Assembly: GCA_963768275.1 (NCBI GenBank)
Contig: CAVYHH010000003.1
Span: forward strand, 44,810 to 108,809
Source: an uncultured Acidobacteriota bacterium
GTDB lineage: Bacteria; Acidobacteriota; Terriglobia; Acidiferrales; UBA7541
Reading direction: 5' to 3'
Length of the DNA stretch: 64,000 bases
Part shown: positions 56,334 to 64,000 of the stretch, in pieces
Position numbering within the stretch: position 1 is the stretch's first letter
How the letters are laid out: each line of letters begins with the position of its first letter
Notes under the pieces: generated by a model
What the model was told of the DNA's origin: nothing
Databases searched by the model: none
Seen by the model: the letters and a program-made list of their open reading frames with translations, nothing else
Position numbers and translations under genes: made by a program

Positions 56334-57683
56334 ATGTCATCAAATCAGGTCGCATACGCACAAAAACGGCGCAGCTCACGCATTGAAAAAGCCTTACCGC
56401 TGGCGGTGCAGGGCGTAGATGCCCTCCGTGCACCCTACCGGGAGGAAGTTACAACGGCCACAATTAGTTGTCATGGCTGCACCTACCAAATGAAACATGA
56501 GGTTCTTCCAGGTGAAATCGTGATCCTGGATATGGGGCAGCGTACGAAAGGCTATTCGGAAAGCTCCAATCGAGCGCGAGTGAAGTGGATTCAAAAGCTC
56601 AACACCTCCACGGATCCGGCGTACGACGTCGCGGTGGAATTTGAAATCGCCGGCAATATCTGGGGCCTCCCATCGCCGCCAGAGGATTGGTTTCCCGCGC
56701 AGGGGAGCAAAGCGGCAGAGGCTAATTCCGGACGAGAACTTCGGCTGGTAACGCGCACCGAACCGCAAACAATGCAGAACCGGAACGGGGGAGCAACCTC
56801 GAGTCCCGTTTTGAAGAAAAGTGACGCGGCCGCTTCCCTGTCCCCTTGGTTTTCTGACCTTATGGGCGGGTTAAGCAATCAGATTCAATCCACGGTCTCT
56901 GAAATCGCGGCGGTGACCCTCACGAATGAAAGGAACCGTTACCTGGACGAATTTCGCGCCCAGCTACAGATCGAAGCGGCTGGAACGATTGAGCGCGTGA
57001 TCGCGACCTCGAAAGATGAACTGGCCCGGCGGGCGTTGAAAGCATTGACCGAGGCGTCGGAGAACACGGTCCGAACGAACCACGAGCGCTTGATCGGGGC
57101 TATCGAGCAAGATCTGGATAACGCCAGGCAGCGCATGCTGGTTCATGGGAATGAACTGAACCATCGCGCCGACAGCATGGCGGCCTGCACGATTGAGAAG
57201 CTGGAACGCTCGCTCGAAACCTCGCATACCGAAGCGGCAGCCCGCTTCGTATCGCGGCTGCGAGAACAGGTCGCGCCTGTGCTGAATGAAGCAAGAGCGG
57301 ATCTTCAGAAGCTGGTGACATCCCAGACTGTTTTTAAGGAAGAATCGCAAGCGATTTACGCGCGGGTCACGAACGAACTCGAAAGCGGCGCCAACGCAAA
57401 ATTGCTGCAGGCTCACGGCGAACTGGACAAAAGCTCCGCTGCGGTGTTGAACGAGTGCAACGAAAAGTTGCGCGAGCTTTCGCGAATTTTCGAGAGCACT
57501 GCGCAAGATACGATACGGATACTGATCGCGTCGGCCACGGGCGATGCCAAAAAGAATCTGGAAGAGCGCGCCGCGGACATTTCCAACGATTTCACCGGTA
57601 AACTGGAAGGCCATATTCGTAACTATCTCGAATTCATCGGCGAATCGATCGCTGAATTTCCAAAGAAAACTCCGGCCTCATAA
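56334..57683 (+). CDS. PilZ-like N-terminal domain fused to a long coiled-coil protein
   Basis: The ATG at 56334 lies 5 nt after GGAGGG. The product starts MSSNQVAYAQKRRSSRIEK.. (RxxxR-like). About 300 aa of heptad-rich, Ala/Glu/Leu/Arg-rich sequence follow. Confidence 0.6.
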   Translation: MSSNQVAYAQKRRSSRIEKALPLAVQGVDALRAPYREEVTTATISCHGCTYQMKHEVLPGEIVILDMGQRTKGYSESSNRARVKWIQKLNTSTDPAYDVAVEFEIAGNIWGLPSPPEDWFPAQGSKAAEANSGRELRLVTRTEPQTMQNRNGGATSSPVLKKSDAAASLSPWFSDLMGGLSNQIQSTVSEIAAVTLTNERNRYLDEFRAQLQIEAAGTIERVIATSKDELARRALKALTEASENTVRTNHERLIGAIEQDLDNARQRMLVHGNELNHRADSMAACTIEKLERSLETSHTEAAARFVSRLREQVAPVLNEARADLQKLVTSQTVFKEESQAIYARVTNELESGANAKLLQAHGELDKSSAAVLNECNEKLRELSRIFESTAQDTIRILIASATGDAKKNLEERAADISNDFTGKLEGHIRNYLEFIGESIAEFPKKTPAS

Positions 57684-58042
57684 ATCAACTCACATGGATC
57701 TGGACTTCCACCCCATGGACTCGGTTCGTTGCACAGCCGGGCGCGGCTGTTTGGGTTTTCTCTCCCAGCGGTTTTCATCGTGTCGTCGCGACGAAGCCAG
57801 TCCGTTCTGAGACCGACAAGCAAAACAGTTGTCCGGTGCCAACCATGGTTCTATCGGAGGCTCACGGCCTATCGCTTTTTCGGGTTGTCCGAGAGGGCCC
57901 AGGGTCGCCTGGGAGACTGTGTGCCCGAGGCACGCAGCGCCTAACTTATCAGTGCAGACACACTCTCGGACCCGAGTGTCTAAAGAACCGACCGACCACC
58001 TCCCGGAAAGCTCCCTGGGAATAGAGCGGACTCCAGAGACAC

Positions 58043-58186
58043 TCAAGCTGTTTGTGGTTTCAGATGTTGGTCGTCGAAACGGCCTCCTTTCTTCCAAACG
58101 ATCAAGGTGATCGCTGCAATTTTGCGCGCCAGCGTCAGGCGCGCCATCTCCGGCCTCATCCCCTTGGCAACCAGAGCCGCGTCCTC
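58043..58186 (-). pseudogene. possible C-terminal remnant of a different IS110-family transposase
   Basis: A 47-codon open fragment, EDAALVAKGMRPEMARLTLARKIAAITLIVWKKGGRFDDQHLKPQTA*, bounded upstream by a stop. Its pattern resembles the tail of the resident transposase (LAERGGKNAKKRAVVAVARKLSVLLHKLWVSGEAYE). Confidence 0.3.
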
Positions 58187-58381
58187 TTACGGAACTAATC
58201 TCTTTACCGTCTCAGCCGATGTTAGAGAAGATTACCAGCGGCACTGGCCTGTAGGCACAGTATCGGCCAGTCCGATGCGCAGGCGGTGTCCTAGCCATGG
58301 TTCGTACACCGACGAGACTGCCAATCCTGGCTCCGTACCCGCGCAGATGAACGAATTTGCAATCATCGAATACCCGAATTT

Positions 58382-59938
58382 ATGAGCGGCGCAAATATTC
58401 ACGAACTCGATCTGATCGCATACGGCATCACCGTCAAGACCGTGCATCACAATCCTTCTCCAGCGCAGCTCTACGAACACGCCATTCGTTACGAGGCAGG
58501 TTCTTCCATTGCTGATTCCGGCGCTCTCGTTGCCTATTCCGGCGAGAAGACTGGACGCTCGCCGCAAGATAAGCGGATCGTTAAACATCCTGATTCCGAC
58601 AAGGATGTGTGGTGGGGACCGGTGAACGTTCCGATCGACGAACACGTATTCCGTATCAACCGGGAGCGCGCGACCGACTATCTCAATATCTGCGAACGGA
58701 TTTACGCCATCGACGCGTTTGCCGGCTGGCATCCCCGAAATCGGCTGAAGGTTCGCATCATCTGCTCGCGCCCATACCATGCTTTGTTCATGCAAACGAT
58801 GCTCATCCGGCCGTCGAGCGAGGAATTGGCCGAGTTTGGCGAGCCGGATTACGTGATCTTTAATGCTGGCCGTTTCCCAGCCAATCGACTCTCGGTCGGC
58901 ATGACTTCCAAGACCTCCATCGCCCTTTCCTTTGCGGAACGGCAGATGGTAATCCTCGGAACCGAATATGCGGGGGAAATGAAGAAAGGGGTCTTCACGA
59001 TCATGAATTATCTCATGCCAAAACGCGGCCTTCTGTCGATGCACTGCTCGGCCACGGCGGATGCTCAAGGTCCGCAATCGTCGGTCCTTTTTGGCCTTTC
59101 CGGGACCGGCAAGACCACGCTCTCCGCCGATCCCAAGCGCCGCCTCATTGGCGATGACGAGCATGTGTGGGGCGACGATGGCATTTTCAACATCGAAGGC
59201 GGCTGCTACGCGAAGGCCATTGACCTGACGCCAGAAAGCGAGCCGGACATCTTTCACGCACTCCGCTTCGGTAGCGTGCTCGAGAACGTCGTATTGGACG
59301 ACGAATCGCACCGTGTCGATTTTCACGACACGAGCATCACGCAAAACACGCGTGGCGCTTATCCCATCGAATTCATTAAGAATTCCAAGGTGCCGTGTAT
59401 GGCAGGACATCCGACCGATATCATCTTTCTGACCTGTGACGCGTTCGGTGTATTGCCTCCCGTCTCGAAGCTCACGCAGGAACAAGCCATGTATCACTTC
59501 ATCTCTGGCTACACCGCGAAGGTTGCAGGGACCGAGATGGGAGTGACGGAACCGTCGGCAACTTTCAGCGCCTGCTTTGGCGCGCCGTTTCTTGTATGGC
59601 ATCCGGCCAAGTATGCCGAATTACTCGCGGAAAAAATCGAGGAACACAAGGTCAACGTGTGGCTGATCAACACGGGATGGAGTGGCGGCAGTTACGGTGC
59701 CGGCGCGCGCATCAAGCTGAAATTCACCCGCGCAATCATCGACGCGATCCATGCTGGCATACTGGCCAGTGCTCCGACGCAACCCGATCCAATTTTCGGA
59801 ATTCACGTCGTAACGGAAGTGCCAAGACGTGCCAGCCGAAATACTCATACCCGAAAGGACATGGGCCGACAAGTCAGAGTTTGCCAGCACCTCCCGAAAG
59901 TTGGCCGGACTATTCATTGCCAACTTCAAGAAATATGA
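58382..59938 (+). CDS. pckA: phosphoenolpyruvate carboxykinase (ATP); the 3' end is apparently frameshifted and the true C-terminus continues in the +1 frame to 59984
   Basis: The 518-aa ORF has [30 protein letters not shown] and kinase-1a [14 protein letters not shown]. After about 59819 the conserved PckA tail is found only in the +1 frame. Confidence 0.9.
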   Translation: MSGANIHELDLIAYGITVKTVHHNPSPAQLYEHAIRYEAGSSIADSGALVAYSGEKTGRSPQDKRIVKHPDSDKDVWWGPVNVPIDEHVFRINRERATDYLNICERIYAIDAFAGWHPRNRLKVRIICSRPYHALFMQTMLIRPSSEELAEFGEPDYVIFNAGRFPANRLSVGMTSKTSIALSFAERQMVILGTEYAGEMKKGVFTIMNYLMPKRGLLSMHCSATADAQGPQSSVLFGLSGTGKTTLSADPKRRLIGDDEHVWGDDGIFNIEGGCYAKAIDLTPESEPDIFHALRFGSVLENVVLDDESHRVDFHDTSITQNTRGAYPIEFIKNSKVPCMAGHPTDIIFLTCDAFGVLPPVSKLTQEQAMYHFISGYTAKVAGTEMGVTEPSATFSACFGAPFLVWHPAKYAELLAEKIEEHKVNVWLINTGWSGGSYGAGARIKLKFTRAIIDAIHAGILASAPTQPDPIFGIHVVTEVPRRASRNTHTRKDMGRQVRVCQHLPKVGRTIHCQLQEI

Positions 59939-60002
59939 ATCCGGGAGCGCGCCGGAAGTGAAAGCCGCCGGGCCGGAAGCATAGTCCGATCACCGAGGAT
60001 GT

Positions 60003-61088
60003 ATGACCCCAACCATACATGCGATTGGCATCGCCAACGGAGGTGGAGACTGCCCTGGCCTGAACGCCGTCATTCGCGGCGCGGTACGTGCAGCCATCCT
60101 TGGACATGGTTGGGGCGTTGTGGGCATCCTTGACGGCTTCGACGGACTGATTTGGCCGGAGCGGTCTGTACCTCTGACGGTCGAGTCGATCGCGGGGATC
60201 CTGCCCCGCGGCGGCACGATTCTGGGGAGCCGGAGCCGGGGAGATCCGTTTCACCATTCAACCGATGAGGGTAGCAAAGTAACGACCGATGATTTCCTGA
60301 CATGTCGCAGGACCATGGATAAACTGCGGCTTGACGCACTGATCGTGATCGGTGGCGACGGTACGCTAACGATAGCGCGGGATCTTGGACGGATGGGCAT
60401 CCCGATTGTGGGTGTGCCCAAGACGATCGACAACGATCTTTCCGCCACGGAAGTTACCTTCGGTTTTGACACGGCGCTGCATGTCGCCACCGACGCCATC
60501 GACCGCCTGCACACCACGGCGGAATCGCATGGCCGTGTAATGGTGATCGAAGTCATGGGACGCAATGCGGGGTGGATCGCGCTGCATTCCGGAATCGCCG
60601 GTGGGGCCGACGTTATTCTGATTCCGGAAATACCGTTCACGATTGAAATTGTTTGCGAAAAATTGCGCGAACGTGCCGCGACGGGAAAAAGATTCTCCCT
60701 GGTGGTCGTGGCGGAAGGCGTGAAACTGCCTCCCAATGATCCTTTCGGCAAACCCTTTCCTAAGCCGCGCCCTGGCCAGGTTGGCATTCTGATCGGCGAT
60801 GCGATTCACGAAACACTGAAACAGGATGTGCGCATTACCGTGCTGGGACACATTCAGCGTGGAGGATCGCCCAGTCCTTTCGACCGTATCCTGGCCACGC
60901 GATTCGGAGTGGAAGCCGTGGAGCTGGCGGCGCGCGGGAATTTCGGGCGCATGGTATGCCTTCGCGGCGGTGAGATTGAATCGGTTCCGCTCGACGATGC
61001 CGTGAACGAGGTGCGCCTGGTCGATCCCAAAGGGAGCATGGTGCGCGCCGCGAGATCCGTGGGCATCACTTTCGGAGATCAGGATTAA
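60003..61088 (+). CDS. pfkA: 6-phosphofructokinase (PFK-A family)
   Basis: A 361-aa ORF with GGGDCPGLNAVIRG, IGGDGTLT, VPKTIDNDL, MGRNAGWIALHSG and GHIQRGG. Confidence 0.9.
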   Translation: MTPTIHAIGIANGGGDCPGLNAVIRGAVRAAILGHGWGVVGILDGFDGLIWPERSVPLTVESIAGILPRGGTILGSRSRGDPFHHSTDEGSKVTTDDFLTCRRTMDKLRLDALIVIGGDGTLTIARDLGRMGIPIVGVPKTIDNDLSATEVTFGFDTALHVATDAIDRLHTTAESHGRVMVIEVMGRNAGWIALHSGIAGGADVILIPEIPFTIEIVCEKLRERAATGKRFSLVVVAEGVKLPPNDPFGKPFPKPRPGQVGILIGDAIHETLKQDVRITVLGHIQRGGSPSPFDRILATRFGVEAVELAARGNFGRMVCLRGGEIESVPLDDAVNEVRLVDPKGSMVRAARSVGITFGDQD

Positions 61089-61220
61089 AAGTGTAGTGGT
61101 GTCAATTGCTGTTGAGAGTTTGTGGCGGCCACGCTAGATTGGGCCGAGGAATCGCGCAAAGTCTCGACATCCACGACTATCGCCAATTCCAGCACGATCA
61201 TCTGGCGCACGGGTTGAGTA

Positions 61221-61244
61221 CCAAGTCCTGAGAAGTCGTGCCCC
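61221..61244 (-). repeat. REP-like unit with a perfect unoccupied IS target
   Basis: Sequence ccaagtcctgagaagtcgtgcccc. The reverse complement ..gacttctcaggacttgg contains both ttctcagg and caggacttgg. Confidence 0.7.
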
Positions 61245-61246
61245 TC

Positions 61247-61456
61247 AACCGGTCGATGCAACACCATCTAATCAGCTGATCTGTCAATGCTTCCCGTCGA
61301 GAATCGATCTGTACGACATCACTCAATCAAAACCTAAACGGGGCTTTTGTCTTGTTTGAGTTGACCCCCGCGAACGAAATCAGCCTCCTAGACCCCTCCG
61401 AGAGGACTTTGGGCAAGTGTTGCACTGAGCCATTGAGACCACCCCGTTTATCAGGC
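61247..61456 (+). repeat. about 210-bp intergenic repeat element, copy B
   Basis: The left repeat ggtcgatgcaac (61251-61262) is intact. The right repeat is degenerate (gttgcactgagc, 61419-61430). The core 61367-61424 matches 1340-1397. Confidence 0.75.
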
Positions 61457-61669
61457 CCATCCGGTCCAGGTGGGGGATTACTTCCGGTTAGCCCGTCGAC
61501 CGGGACCTATCTGCTTTCTGATCGAGTGACTAAGCTAGATCAGTCATTTGCCGCTACAGATGCTCCGCGCCAAGAGAACCTGTGCTAGGATTCATTCGAA
61601 CTGCGGATTCATACTGGCGCTTGGAGTTGCGTAGACCGGCCATGATTATGTTCAAGGAGGACGCCTACT

Positions 61670-62524
61670 ATGGGTTTAACCAGACGCACCATACTGGCAG
61701 CGGGCGCCGCGGCAGCGGCAACGGCCGCCTTGCCGCGCGCATTTGCTCAGCAGGAGAGCAAAGGAGGAACGGGTAGGTTCTACGAAAAAGGCTCCGTTCG
61801 TATCTACTATGAGGAGGCCGGGGCCGGTTTCCCGTTGATGCTGCTTCCCGGCGGGGGATTGAACTCCACGATAGCATTCTTCTCCGGCAACTCGCCCTTC
61901 AATGCCATTGAGGAGTTCAAGGGACAGTATCGCTGCATCACAGCGGACCTGCGCAACGCTCCCAGCGGCCAGTCCACCGGCCCTGTCGAGGTCGACCGGC
62001 CGTGGGAGTCCTACGCCGACGACCATCTCGGTCTGATGGATCACCTGGGCATCGACAAGTTCCTGGTGATGGGCTTCTGCATCGGCGGCCCTTTCATCTG
62101 GAGTCTCTTGAAGCGCGCCCCCGATCGTGTTGCCGCGGCCGTAGTGGCGCAGCCCGTAGGGTGGCGTCCGGAGATGCGCGACCGCAAGTACCCGGGCGCA
62201 TTTTGGACGACCTGGGGTCCGATGATTAACGCTAAGCGGCCTGAGATTTCGTTGCAGACGGCCGACCAATTTGTGACCAGGATGTTTGAAACCAATCCCG
62301 ACTTCGTCTTCACCGTGACACGCGATTTCGTCCGTAGTTGCCAAAACCCGGTGCTGATCATGCCGGACGATGTCCCGCCGCACCCTTACGCCCCCGCCAT
62401 GGAGTGCGCGACGCTCGCCCCGAAATCCGAAGTGAGCATCTTCCCTTGGAAAGAGCCCAAAGAGCGGATTCCGCTGGCAGTGCGCCAAATCCATTCCTTC
62501 CTCAAGGCGCATCAGTCTGCCTAG
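61670..62524 (+). CDS. Tat-exported alpha/beta hydrolase with Cys nucleophile (dienelactone-hydrolase-like)
   Basis: A 284-aa ORF with a twin-arginine signal MGLTRRTILAAGAAAAATAALPRAFA. The nucleophile elbow is GFCIGG (GxCxG). Confidence 0.75.
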   Translation: MGLTRRTILAAGAAAAATAALPRAFAQQESKGGTGRFYEKGSVRIYYEEAGAGFPLMLLPGGGLNSTIAFFSGNSPFNAIEEFKGQYRCITADLRNAPSGQSTGPVEVDRPWESYADDHLGLMDHLGIDKFLVMGFCIGGPFIWSLLKRAPDRVAAAVVAQPVGWRPEMRDRKYPGAFWTTWGPMINAKRPEISLQTADQFVTRMFETNPDFVFTVTRDFVRSCQNPVLIMPDDVPPHPYAPAMECATLAPKSEVSIFPWKEPKERIPLAVRQIHSFLKAHQSA

Positions 62525-62574
62525 ACCGCGGTGTCTTTACGACAGGGCCGGGGCGAAACCGTGAGAGGTTCGAG

Positions 62575-63126
62575 GTGGCGTCAGTATTCTCACATGCGGT
62601 AGCTGCTCTTGGCATTGGAGCCTGCTTCTACACCCCTCGCATTCCAAAGCGAGTCTGGGCGATTGGCGCACTTTGTTCTGTTGTTCCCGATCTTGATGTA
62701 ATTGGATTCCATTATGGCATCCATTACGGTGACTTTTGGGGTCATCGAGGGTTTACGCACTCGCTTATCTTCGCCGCACTTGTAGCCGCCGTTGCCTTAC
62801 TTGTAGCGTTTCGCCGTGGTCTGCCCAGCATCAGTAGATTCTCTTTGTGGATGTATTTCTTTCTCGCCACCGCAAGTCATGGTTTTCTAGATGCCATGAC
62901 CGACGGCGGTCTTGGGGTCGCCTTCTTTTCTCCATTTGATAATCGCCGGTATTTTCTTCCCTGGACTCCCATTCGAGTATCGCCCATTGGCATCGAGCGC
63001 TTTTTTACGGCTCGCGGCCTTGCCGTTCTCCAGACTGAATTGCTTTGGATTTGGCTTCCTGCAGGGCTACTGGCAATCTCGGCCTGGATGATACGCCGAG
63101 GTGACTTTGCCGCATCTGATGTTTAA
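62575..63126 (+). CDS. membrane-bound metal-dependent hydrolase (YdjM/DUF457 family)
   Basis: I prefer the GTG at 62575 within ORF 62338..63126: (M)ASVFSHAVAALGIG.., DLDVIGFHYGIHYGDFWGHRGFTHSL, ASHGFLDAMTDGGLGVAFFSPF. Confidence 0.75.
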   Translation: MASVFSHAVAALGIGACFYTPRIPKRVWAIGALCSVVPDLDVIGFHYGIHYGDFWGHRGFTHSLIFAALVAAVALLVAFRRGLPSISRFSLWMYFFLATASHGFLDAMTDGGLGVAFFSPFDNRRYFLPWTPIRVSPIGIERFFTARGLAVLQTELLWIWLPAGLLAISAWMIRRGDFAASDV

Positions 63127-63312
63127 CGCTTCCGGCCAGATTCCTATAATCCCATTACCGGAACCTAATCGGCTCAATCATGGGTAGGGGTTGGCTTCCG
63201 AGTACGGTGTCACTCGGGCAAGAGCGGAAGACTATGTCCGTTTAAATTAAGACCGGCGCCGTTGCAATTCGCCGAGATCAGCTCTGGCAAGCGCGGTCCG
63301 AACAGCGAAATC

Positions 63313-64000
63313 TTATTTCTTGCTTTGATGCGTGGCCATCGCCGGCACCCAGGCGGGCGTACCCTGTTCCCACTTATCGCTGGTGATGGGCCGCTGGTTT
63401 GACCCGTCTGCATTCATCACGAAGAGCTCCGCATAGGGCTGCGGGCTCCCGTCATAGAGCGGAGTCTCATCGCGAAAACCCAAGCGCGCGCTGCTGAACA
63501 CAATATATTTGCCGTCGGGCGACCACGCACAGTGAGCATCGTTTCCGGGGGCGTGCGTCAATTGCTGTAAGTCGGTGCCGTCCGGCCGGATGGTGAAAAT
63601 TTCGTAGGAGTTTGTGCCGCCGGTATCGCGCGTGAAGCCGATGCGATCGCCCAGCGGCGACCACGTGGGGAAGTTGTCTTGCCCCGACGTGAGCGTGGTG
63701 CTCTTGCCGTCTTCCACGTTCAGGATTTGGATGCTCCGGTCATCTTTTTTCCACACGCGATACACGATGTGCTTGCCGTCCGGCGACCAGCTCGGGAAGC
63801 CGCTATTGAGGGGGCCGCTCGTGAGTTCACGCTTTTCGGAGCCGTCCGCGCGGATCATGATCAGTTGCGAGGGCTTGGTTTCGCGGTCGTTGAATACTGC
63901 TCCATATCCAAAAACAACCCATTGCCCATCCGGCGACCACGCCGGCGAGAAGGCTCCTCCCCCGTCTTGCTGGAAGAGCTGCTTGCGGTTCGTGCCGTCC
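63313..64000 (-). CDS. partial PD40/TolB-like WD40 beta-propeller protein (N-terminus lies beyond the window edge)
   Basis: The frame stays open upstream of the ORF-track Met (63858) to the window end (..DGTNRKQLFQQDGGGAFSPAWSPDGQWVVFGYGAVFNDRETKPSQLIMIRADG..). It has repeated SPDGK..IV motifs. Confidence 0.8.
   Translation of the reverse strand, partial: DGTNRKQLFQQDGGGAFSPAWSPDGQWVVFGYGAVFNDRETKPSQLIMIRADGSEKRELTSGPLNSGFPSWSPDGKHIVYRVWKKDDRSIQILNVEDGKSTTLTSGQDNFPTWSPLGDRIGFTRDTGGTNSYEIFTIRPDGTDLQQLTHAPGNDAHCAWSPDGKYIVFSSARLGFRDETPLYDGSPQPYAELFVMNADGSNQRPITSDKWEQGTPAWVPAMATHQSKK

Noticed and set aside
58232-59602. A 456-aa minus-strand ORF.
   Set aside because: It lies completely antisense to pckA, which has unmistakable PEPCK motifs.
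455-61244. Possibility that the short dispersed repeats form a CRISPR array.
   Set aside because: The units are scattered singly or in inverted pairs across 60 kb. They are degenerate, lack regular spacing, and lack unique spacers between direct repeats. No cas genes are present.
1-64000. tRNA, rRNA, tmRNA or riboswitch genes.
   Set aside because: Scanning the gene-free stretches by eye found no T-loop/acceptor-type tRNA signatures (GGTTCGAATCC-like) and no rRNA-like blocks. This is a visual check only. tRNAscan/Infernal should be run to confirm.

Overview
This is a 64-kb GC-rich bacterial chromosomal segment. The gene content looks Acidobacteriota-like: PSCyt-type and di-haem c-type cytochromes, carboxypeptidase-regulatory/Vgb-like, YVTN, NHL and PD40 beta-propellers, and many signal-peptide proteins. 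I cannot verify taxonomy without a search. I support about 60 protein-coding genes, including pckA, pfkA, msrA, a monooxygenase/bicupin/SDR group, and MarR- and LuxR-type regulators. I saw no rRNA, tRNA or CRISPR. The dominant accessory signal is an IS110-family element with IS1111-like layout. It occurs as four sequence-identical 1,467-bp copies (2727-4193 minus, 7725-9191 plus, 30436-31902 plus, 33357-34823 minus) plus one diverged, internally deleted relative (5613-6490). The four identical copies each sit in a unit of a REP-like intergenic repeat family (head GCCACATTCCGATAAG, tail ..TTCTCAG/GACTTGG) that occurs more than 20 times in the window; no repeat head is evident at the deleted relative's site. 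The 273-nt non-coding arm 3' of the transposase contains an exact reverse complement of the REP tail (CCAAGTCCTG), a sense copy of the left half-site (TTCTCAGG), and a copy of the IS terminus (ATGGAAGGA). In the deleted relative, the antisense segment and the flank change together. I therefore propose a bridge/seek-type guide RNA programmed for the REP tail as the most interesting feature. Other items are: a 6-kb cluster of paralogous unknown-function genes (secreted proteins that mature to N-terminal His-His, four copies of a 4-TM domain, and paralogous secreted proteins); a 210-bp repeat with 12-bp terminal inverted repeats; two nested palindromes with shared architecture; apparent frameshifts in pckA and in a PQQ-type sugar dehydrogenase; and a co-directional pckA-pfkA pair. 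All functional calls rest on motif recognition by eye, because no database search or folding program was available.
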